Origin: Paraphysomonas bandaiensis
Lineage: Eukaryota; Protista; Chrysophyceae
Assembly (NCBI GenBank): GCA_965644295.1
Contig: CBFFRP010000354.1
Span: 62,001 to 126,000 of the forward strand
Direction: 5' to 3'
DNA length: 64,000 nt
The position numbers and the translations under genes were made by a program. How positions within the stretch are numbered: the first letter of the stretch is position 1; each line of letters begins with the position of its first letter. A model generated the notes under the pieces. The model worked only from the letters and a program-made list of their open reading frames with translations. It was not told the origin of the DNA and did no database searches. Shown here piece after piece: positions 11,952-20,004 of this stretch.

Positions 11952-14900
11952 CTACTCGTTCCCAACGATCAGACATATCAAATGACGAAACAATTTTCCT
12001 TGTAGGGGTTTAGTCAGCACATCAGCCAACATCTCTCCTGTAGGTAAGTACTGAAGCTTCACGTCTCCCCTATCATGGTGTTCTTCGACTAAAGCCTGCC
12101 TTACTCGTAGATATTTCGATCGGTATTTGCCTCCTCCTTTCGTTACGAGACTGAGATTCGACAAGTTGTCCTGATAAATAACAGGTGGGTCAAGCGCATA
12201 GCCCTGCCCACACACAAACTCATGTAATCTCATTGCATTAGACATCATATCAGATAGGCCGACCAGCTCGGATTCGGTCGAGTCTTTCGTCACGATTCGT
12301 TGCTTAGTTGATCGGCATAGTACTGTGGCCCCTCCAAGCTGTACAACTACGCCTGTATGCCCTTTTCCGTCTTCGTGGGTGGCGAACGAAGCGTCGATGA
12401 AGCTTCTTACCCGCAGCTGCTCTCCAATCTTCAGCTGCAGATCTTGATCCCTTGTGTGCGCAAGGTATTTCAGCACTCGATTCAACTTCTGCTGATCTCC
12501 GATTGTCGGACCCTTCACTCTTGTTGTGAGGTACGCTATACTGAGCAGGATGTCTGGTCTAACTCTTATTGACAGATATAGCAATTTGGCCACCACTGAA
12601 TGGAAATTGGCAGCCTCCTTCCTCCCCAATTTCTGTCCTGCGCCCTCTGCGAACAGTGATGATGTCGCTGGAGATGCTGCTCTGCCAGTGACCGCTGCCT
12701 CCTCCAGCACTCCGTCTAGGTAAGCCCTCATTGACACCACTGCCCTGTCATCTATCATGCTCACATGCATACCTAAATACGACATGTCTTTGTCATCACA
12801 GTATTTTACCTCACCATATTGTTTCTTTAGTTGTTCCACCAACCACTCGGTGTCACGCTTGTCTTGTGATAGCACTAGCAGATCGTCCACGTGTAGTGTT
12901 ATAGTGCACTGCTTGCCGTTGACAGTCCTATTGAGAACACACTGATCCACCGGGTTAGCCACGAAACCAATGCTTTCCAGGTAAGCTCTTATCGTGTCAT
13001 ACCAGAGCTTTGCGCTCTGCACGCATCCATATAACGCTTTGTCTAGGCGCACCAATATTTTGCCTCTTTCATCAACATACGGCTGGATTGTGGGGTCTAG
13101 TTTTCCGAGTATTGTGGCCAACATCGGCTCCAATTCCATTATTACCTCTTCGCCTGACATCTCCGCATTGAGGTATGCACCACCTATATCAATTGTCGAT
13201 ACATGTCTCCCCTCTCTCGCTGCTATTGCTAGGCATGCAAATACTGACTGTATGTCCACAGTGGGTGACGACGTGTCTGGGTACAGTTTCCGGTCCTGCT
13301 GTGCCCCGTTCGCAACCAGCCTCGCCTTGATTTTCTCGAACCTTCCGAGTCCGTCGTATTTCGTCTTCAAGAACATCAGCGATCGAATTGTTCGTTTGAG
13401 TTGAGTCTTTGATAGGTCACTCCGGTGTACTGGGACTATCGCCTTTTTTTCATGCAGCAGCTGCTTCAGCTCCCTTACTATCGCCAGGTAGGCTTCTTTG
13501 CCGTGTTCCTTTAAACCTTTGGTTACGCTTGTGTGATAGGCTCGATACATTACGGGCTTTCTTCTTGTGCCTGCCGCTATCCTTGCTCCGGCTGATGATG
13601 ATGATGATAGTAGTTCGCTTGTGTTATGTGTCATCCCTGCAGTTTCCACCCCTGTAATTTCCGGATCGTCGATGTCGTTGGGTGTTGCAGCGCCCGGTTC
13701 CTGTTCGCTCGGCCCATCAGCCCTGTCGCCATCATCGTCGACTAGTTCCGTGATTTTTGTTCTCTCTCTCTTTTCTGTGTGGCCGTGCCCTTCGTCTGTG
13801 TCAATGGCTGTCATCTGCCCCTCCTCGTGAGGCTCCTTCGGCTTATCGATCTCGTCATTCTCAGCTGGTGGCGTGGTATCCTCGATCTCTCGACTCTCAT
13901 TCTCGCTGGTCGTGACAGGTGAGTGTGACTTGTTGTGCAATGACGATATTCTATTCACGGCGTCTATTACTATTTGCGTGGTCACCATCTTCACCCAGTT
14001 GGTCCTACTCACATATTTATTTGTTTTAAGGTTTAAAAATATCCAACTCCCGTTTGCGTTGCCGGATGGGTACAGCGCGATACATGGTTCTGTTCTGGCC
14101 TGCTCCGCGTTATTGCTCTTGACCTTCGGGTCATAACATTCAACATAGTCCCCGAAAGCCAGTGACAGTTCCTTTTTATAATTGGGTTTCCGACCAGTCA
14201 ATGCCACTCGCGGTGCTACAGTTGTGCCATTGGTGGATGGCCTCCTCAAGTTCATGCGGCTGTTGGCGTATCTCACCAGGTCTCTGACGTTGGCATCTGG
14301 TAGGTTCCATGGTAGCCCTGAATGTACACTGCGTATTGTCTCTTTGAGTCTCCTAATCTTCGCGTCGATCTTGTCCAGGTGATCTCCAGCCCCTGCCACG
14401 TCAATCTCCATCCCTGTGATCTTGCCTCTCAGGGCCTTGAATCCCGGCTGAGGGTCCAGGTAGGTAACTGTCGGTATGTACCCGTAGCTTCTTAACAGGT
14501 TTACTTGTTCCTGTAGGGCCAATCCCAACTGATCCGTTGTTTCGTTTTCGAGTGAAGTAACGATGGTTAGTCCCAATGGTTCCGCTAGCGTGAGCATGAA
14601 CGATTGCTGTCTCACACTGAAGATGTCTGTGTACAGCCTTTGCTCCTTCTGCTGTTCTGCCTTCAGTTCCGGATCCGCGTATTGCCGGCTGACTTTCTTA
14701 TTCGTCTGCTTGCCTCTCACCGCTTCGAACGGTCTCCCATATATGTCAAAAGCTCTTCTGATATCACTCGGGGTAAGTCGCACCCCTGTAACGTTTCCGT
14801 CGCTCACTAGCTGCACAGCATCTCTCTCCGAGTCGAAGCCCGAGTTTCGGATCAGGTCTCGTGCTTCTCGCGCTCTCGCGACTTCTACTTTCGAATATTG

Positions 14901-16337
14901 GGCTTCGCGCTCCGCTACAGTCGTTACGTTGACTTTGGCCGTCGCCCAGTCGCGCATGTCGGCCACATACATCTTGTTCTTTCGATAGAAAGTCAAATCA
15001 CTGTCAGGTAAGTGCACAGTGAAAGACTCTCCCTGCCTATATGTCACTTCATATATGTCTTCTACGTCCGCCTGACATAGTACGCTTGCCCTTAGCTCAT
15101 CTGCTGTCTTACAGGTGAAGAATTGGTCTAGCTCGCCTACATTCGGTAGTTCCAGTGCGTGTCCCGATAATCCCGCCACGGTGCATCCTTTGTACGCCGG
15201 TCTTACATTGTTCAGTAGTCTTGGGTGTACTACCGAGACATCCGCCTGGTTGTCGAGTAATACCTCGTACCATTGGAATGGCTCGCTTCCTGACGTGAAG
15301 GCGTTCAACATTGTTGTCGTGCAGTGCTTGTTTTCTGATTCTTGGCTACTGTCTGGGCATTCGTTCATTCTGTGGCCTGGCTCACCGCAGCCCCAACATA
15401 TGAGCTGCCTTTTTTTTTGACCACGTTTGCTGTTGTGCGACTTCGTGTCGTTCCCTTGTTGCTGCTCTGGTGTATCATCGCTATCTGCTGATTTCTTGCC
15501 TTTGTCAGACTTCGATTTGCTCACGAATGCGGATCCGCCGCCTGCTCTCGTTGCTCTCTTCGGCGTTAGATATTTTGATGCTTTAGTATATATTTCATTT
15601 ACGTGTGTAGGTGCTGCTTGCGTGCCCATTGTTAGATCGTTGAGATAGCTAGTTTTGAAATCGCCATATCTCATGTCGTCCAGCCCTTCGAAGAAATCCA
15701 TCGCGATGTCCTCTTCATTCATTTCCGCGTTGTTCATGTCTTTGTAGGCTTCTAATAGATGATCAAACCTCTCCTTATAAGTAACTATACTCTCATATGC
15801 TCCCTGTTTAGCGTCTTTGTACCTTTTCCTCGCTTCTGCTCGTACCACTGTACTTACGCTGGAGTTAGTGGATACTTTGTGGGTTTGTTTGATAGCCAGC
15901 CATAGTAGTAGAGGATCCTTAGTCCTGTTCATGAGCTCGTATTCATCTAATAGCTTGACTGCATCCATTGATTCGTGGCTCAGATGGTCTACCATGAATG
16001 AGTAGAATGCCGATCTATCGTTCCGCATCTTGTCTATTAATCTCCCTCTGGTCTTGGTCTTGTCCTTCATCAGGTCGAGGTTAACTCCATAGGGGTCGTC
16101 TTCCAAATCAAAATCCTCTGGGTTTATCGCATCGGGCTCATAATATTTGTCCAGCTCTACTAGGCGTGCAAGATCACCGTACTTTTGCATGCCCACCACT
16201 ACAAGCCTCTGTTTGAATGTGGCGAAGTTCGAGTTGGCACCGTATCTTAAAGTCGGTACATGTTCTGGTCTATCGGTGCTCGGTTTCTTGCCGAATCTTG
16301 CAAATCTTGTTGGCTTGTCGTTCGTTGTCTTCTTCAT
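11952..16337 (-). CDS. Copia Gag-Pol polyprotein (Gag zinc knuckle, aspartic protease, integrase, RT, RNase H)
   Basis: CWGCGEPGHRMNEC (CCHC); VLLDNQADVSVV (PR); LYTDIF / YLDPQPGF / HLDKIDAKIRRLKE (IN core); KARLVANG, DIGGAYLNA, KALYGCVQS, LHVDDLL (RT); FIDASFA, STESELVG, YQDN, MLADVLTKPL (RNase H). Confidence 0.97.
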   Translation of the reverse strand: MKKTTNDKPTRFARFGKKPSTDRPEHVPTLRYGANSNFATFKQRLVVVGMQKYGDLARLVELDKYYEPDAINPEDFDLEDDPYGVNLDLMKDKTKTRGRLIDKMRNDRSAFYSFMVDHLSHESMDAVKLLDEYELMNRTKDPLLLWLAIKQTHKVSTNSSVSTVVRAEARKRYKDAKQGAYESIVTYKERFDHLLEAYKDMNNAEMNEEDIAMDFFEGLDDMRYGDFKTSYLNDLTMGTQAAPTHVNEIYTKASKYLTPKRATRAGGGSAFVSKSKSDKGKKSADSDDTPEQQQGNDTKSHNSKRGQKKRQLICWGCGEPGHRMNECPDSSQESENKHCTTTMLNAFTSGSEPFQWYEVLLDNQADVSVVHPRLLNNVRPAYKGCTVAGLSGHALELPNVGELDQFFTCKTADELRASVLCQADVEDIYEVTYRQGESFTVHLPDSDLTFYRKNKMYVADMRDWATAKVNVTTVAEREAQYSKVEVARAREARDLIRNSGFDSERDAVQLVSDGNVTGVRLTPSDIRRAFDIYGRPFEAVRGKQTNKKVSRQYADPELKAEQQKEQRLYTDIFSVRQQSFMLTLAEPLGLTIVTSLENETTDQLGLALQEQVNLLRSYGYIPTVTYLDPQPGFKALRGKITGMEIDVAGAGDHLDKIDAKIRRLKETIRSVHSGLPWNLPDANVRDLVRYANSRMNLRRPSTNGTTVAPRVALTGRKPNYKKELSLAFGDYVECYDPKVKSNNAEQARTEPCIALYPSGNANGSWIFLNLKTNKYVSRTNWVKMVTTQIVIDAVNRISSLHNKSHSPVTTSENESREIEDTTPPAENDEIDKPKEPHEEGQMTAIDTDEGHGHTEKRERTKITELVDDDGDRADGPSEQEPGAATPNDIDDPEITGVETAGMTHNTSELLSSSSSAGARIAAGTRRKPVMYRAYHTSVTKGLKEHGKEAYLAIVRELKQLLHEKKAIVPVHRSDLSKTQLKRTIRSLMFLKTKYDGLGRFEKIKARLVANGAQQDRKLYPDTSSPTVDIQSVFACLAIAAREGRHVSTIDIGGAYLNAEMSGEEVIMELEPMLATILGKLDPTIQPYVDERGKILVRLDKALYGCVQSAKLWYDTIRAYLESIGFVANPVDQCVLNRTVNGKQCTITLHVDDLLVLSQDKRDTEWLVEQLKKQYGEVKYCDDKDMSYLGMHVSMIDDRAVVSMRAYLDGVLEEAAVTGRAASPATSSLFAEGAGQKLGRKEAANFHSVVAKLLYLSIRVRPDILLSIAYLTTRVKGPTIGDQQKLNRVLKYLAHTRDQDLQLKIGEQLRVRSFIDASFATHEDGKGHTGVVVQLGGATVLCRSTKQRIVTKDSTESELVGLSDMMSNAMRLHEFVCGQGYALDPPVIYQDNLSNLSLVTKGGGKYRSKYLRVRQALVEEHHDRGDVKLQYLPTGEMLADVLTKPLQGKLFRHLICLIVGNE

Positions 16338-16350
16338 AATTTCCTCTTAC
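16335..16350 (-). other. Non-tRNA primer-binding site, perfectly complementary to LTR-internal 16494-16509 (putative self-priming)
   Basis: + strand cataatttcctcttac (16335-16350) is the exact reverse complement of gtaagaggaaattatg (16494-16509); no TGG-starting tRNA-complementary PBS. Confidence 0.75.
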
Positions 16351-16637
16351 GCAGAGAAAAATACGGTACTCGGTCGAATGTTACGGATGTTACAAATCAA
16401 TAAACGGACGGAATACCCCCGTTGCTTTCACACAGTCTACACTACAGGTAGTCAAAGCAAGGTTCTCTTTATAGTTTACTACAGAACTTCTCAGTAAGAG
16501 GAAATTATGCCTCTATTCTACAGCCGTACACTACACACTGCATAATATAACACCATACACCTCTATGTGCCCTATGCATATCTTATACAGTCACTTCAAG
16601 TACTAAACTGAAAAGAACATCCTCTCATTCCTCTACG
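16350..16637 (-). repeat. 5' LTR (288 bp)
   Basis: Identical to 11648-11935; TATA-like TTATATTA on the element strand at ~16543-16550. Confidence 0.95.
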
Positions 16638-16854
16638 GTATTATGTAGGAATATTCCTACAGTGTATACCTGGTATACAAGGCATGTGATATCCACCCAT
16701 GTCCCAATATACGAATATATAGTACGTAGGACATGATCTGCATGTCACTCCGATATGCTGTGGCCTCATCTGCATCTATTCATACCAAAACAAGCATTAT
16801 AACACAAGATCATAATTATTATATATCAACATCTTCATTAAACAACAAGATATT

Positions 16855-18319
16855 ATGCCATTCATCTCTACAAAAGAAGAGATTGAGAGATTCCTGGTAG
16901 CTAATCCGGATTGTAAGATAAGGATCATATCTGGAGATGAGCTGCAGAAGATTCGTCGCATTCTCCCAAAAGAATGGACAAAGAGACGCCTCAACAATAA
17001 ATCAGTATTCGTTGAAATGTACCTTGAAAATGACAATAACGAGCGTGCCTATTATGAGGGACCTTTATTGGTAAAGGATAAGAAGATTTGGCGTAATGGG
17101 GTGGGCAATACACTTATGCTCTCCGGCCTCTGGAAAGGAAGATGCTTAATTGGTGTCAATAGAATCACAGATACGGCCAAAGCTTCCGATAATGTGTCAT
17201 TTGTATGGACAGAAAGCTGCGAAGTGTGGAGTCGTAACGTGTTCGACTGGTACCTTAGTAAATTAGCAACGGAGTCCACAAAAATGAGCAATGACGAAGA
17301 GTTAAAGGAACTGACTACAAAGCCATTCAATATATTTAATGTTGAACTTACTGCTGATGGCATCAAAGAAGAACAAAACGTTCGCCTTGATTTCAAATAT
17401 CATACTTCCGTGATGTCTACCTGGATTGGATATAGTTTACGTCGTGTATATCCTATCCAGAATGAGCAGAACCACAATGGCAGACAATCTTCAATATCTA
17501 CAGCAATACCCGCTCGGCCACGGGTATGCTTGTTTTATACTTCAGCTGCTATGAATTAACGATGTACTGCAAATTGTTTAGAATTCTGTGGCTAACAATG
17601 GAAACCAAACCCGAGTCATTCAACATGAGGAGCCGTCTTCAGATCCAGGCCAGTTGGCGTCTCCAGTAGGACCCATCCAACTGCAAGTATGTTTGTTTTA
17701 TACTTCAGCTGCTATAAATTAATGATGTACTGCAAATTGTTTAGAATTCTGCGGCTAACAATGGAAACCAAACTCGAGTCATTCAACATGAGGAGCCGTC
17801 TTCAGATCCAGGCCAGTTGGCGTCTCCAGTAGGACCCATCCAACTGCAAGTATGTTTGTTTTATACTTCAGCTGCTATAAATTAATGATGTACTGCAAAT
17901 TGTTTAGAATTCTGCGGCTAACAATGGAAACCAAACTCGAGTCATTCAACATGAGGAGCCGTCTTCAGATCCAGGCCAGTTGGCGTCTCCAGTAGGACCC
18001 ATCCAACTGCAAGTATGTTTGTTTTATACTTCAGCTGCTATAAATTAATGATGTACTGCAAATTGTTTAGAATTATGTCGTAAACAATGGAGAGGGGAGT
18101 GAATTAAGACGGCGGAATCAATGGGATATTTTGCTAGATAACTTCACGGCAGTCGACACGGAGATTAAGGTTTTGAAGCAAAAGAAGAGATATCTGGAAA
18201 CGGAAATTGGGAATATTGATAAAAAGCTACAAGTATGCGAAGAATTGAGAAAAAAAATGAAGGTCGTGGAGAAATCAGTTTGCGAGATGAATAATACATT
18301 CAAAACAGTAAGGAGGTAG
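16855..18319 (+). CDS. Hypothetical protein with three tandemly duplicated 35-aa exons and a C-terminal coiled coil
   Basis: Exon 16855-17523; phase-0 introns 17524-17581, 17687-17744, 17850-17907, 18013-18070; repeated exon NS(V/A)ANNGNQTRVIQHEEPSSDPGQLASPVGPIQLQ; last exon continues in frame into ORF 18131..18319. Confidence 0.75.
17524..18070. repeat. 163-bp tandem repeat (58-nt intron + 105-nt exon), ~3.4 copies
   Basis: Units start at 17524, 17687, 17850 and 18013 and are nearly identical. Confidence 0.95.
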
Positions 18320-20004
18320 AGAGGTGAAATGGATTGCATCAAATTATTGACTAAGATGCAAAATGGTTGAAGCTAATTTACAAAGTTTGAATATTGAAAT
18401 GAAGTATGATTTACAGTTATTTTAACCTTCTCTTCCTTTGCAAATAGCTACCATACCTAGATCTATTTCTAGCATCAGAGTGTGGTGCTTATATATATAT
18501 ATTCATTCTTAAATATGTACTTATATACACATACAATACTTGTTTTGTGCATATAAACACATGTACCATCTACGATTATGATTACTTTGTGCAATTACTT
18601 CGTACCGCACATTTTTGCATTGTGTATGCCTAGGCCGGAGTATAGTTACATGCAGCTCCAGATGGTACATATTCTCATATTAAATTGAGAGATACGGCTT
18701 CATGGCTTGTCTTGTCATTTAATCAATAGATATATGTGTCAAACATCAAGATTTGACATCACGATAATAAAAACATAAGCACCTGAAAGTTTATCTCACT
18801 CAACAATCAACTATTAAAAATTATAATCAACCTCTCTAATCATTCACTGCTGCTAGCCAAATTTATTCTTTCTCTACTGCCAATTAAACACATAGAATCT
18901 TAAATAGTGTCGACTTTATACAGCCAGAGTAGCTATGCATTTCAGTGTCCCTAAACTATTTCATAGCGTATAAAAGAATTTCAGGCCAATCCTTTATGGT
19001 CCTAAATAAGCTTTATTTGATCACAGAAAGTAAACCTTGTGGTTAACTAGTGAACATCATCATACTCATCATACTAAATGAATAGATATTCTTTTAAGTA
19101 ATCTTGAGATTTTATCACACTCTTACTTAAGCAACAAAAGTTACTGTTCATACATGTGTTGTCGCTTTCTATCGTGCCTTGTATATAGCGTGTCAATTCT
19201 TGGTCTTTATCAAACTATAGTATACAAGTCCTAAACATGCAAGCTCTACTTTTTACCCTTAAATATATGGTCATTCGTAAGCTCAAAATGTAGTGTTAAA
19301 GTAATGTTATTGTACGCACTATCAGTCCATCTGCATTCTGTTTGGGTTAGTGTGCTGATGCTTCATCTAGTTAATCGTGATATCTACAAATGCACTATGT
19401 ATAAGCTGATATATCATCAATGGTCTATCAGGAGATGCTCAAGTCATAGTATATGAGGCTACTCCACTGACCAAACATAATAGCAGATACTGTACATAGA
19501 ATATGATATATATTAGATACAGAGACCCTGTAGCTGCTCTATAGGAGATCTGTTACATCTCTTTATCTTTTCTTCTTCTTTGGTATGCATGTTCGGCTCT
19601 TACTGATACACTGGATACTCCTTTATAATGCATGTCAGATCTGATATAGAATATATGGCAATGTACTATAGCTATACCAGGTATAGCTAGATATTCCTCC
19701 ATACTCTGCATGTTGCTCCATTTTCAGTGTGCGAGGTCTTTTTTACTGAATTTCTGAATACAAAATTCTGAAAATACAGTTTTGACATCTAAAAAAACTA
19801 TTTCCGTAAGCTGAAAACTGTTTGTTTTTGTAAATATCCAGATATACTGAGGCTGGAGGCGCTGCCCTGTATACTCTGTATATGATACTCTGTATGATAT
19901 GCTACAATAGACTGTCCTCGTCTGTATATATGAAGAGTCAGACCTCTTAATAGAAATCAACTAACTCATATATATATATATATACAATCATACACATATT
20001 ATAT

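Larger units (their letters stand above)
11648..16637 (-). mobile_element. Full-length Ty1/Copia LTR retrotransposon (CoDi-like), intact and recently inserted
   Basis: Two 288-bp direct repeats, identical by eye, flanked by GTATT on both sides; single 1461-aa gag-pol ORF in Copia order PR-IN-RT-RH. Confidence 0.97.

Noticed and set aside
11538-16497. Plus-strand ORFs over the retrotransposon (e.g. 11538..11795, 16147..16497, 12994..13404)
   Set aside because: Antisense shadows of gag-pol or read-through into the LTR; their shared C-termini merely reflect the LTR duplication.
11648-16637. Alternative LTR boundaries giving canonical TG...CA ends
   Set aside because: Identity between the repeats stops exactly at the CG dinucleotides and the GTATT duplication is flush with them; no TG/CA pair at nearby offsets gives a TSD.
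11648-16637. DIRS/tyrosine-recombinase or Gypsy classification (suggested by the odd termini and internal complementarity)
   Set aside because: Direct LTRs, a 5-bp TSD, a DDE-fold integrase upstream of RT and Copia-type RT/RNase H motifs.
16855-17559. Fanzor/TnpB or transposase next to the LTR element
   Set aside because: No RuvC, zinc-ribbon or DDE motifs recognisable; it lies outside the TSD and splices into a coiled-coil gene.
17524-18070. CRISPR-like array
   Set aside because: Whole 163-bp units are repeated with no unique spacers; they correspond to intron+exon, in a eukaryotic context with no cas genes.
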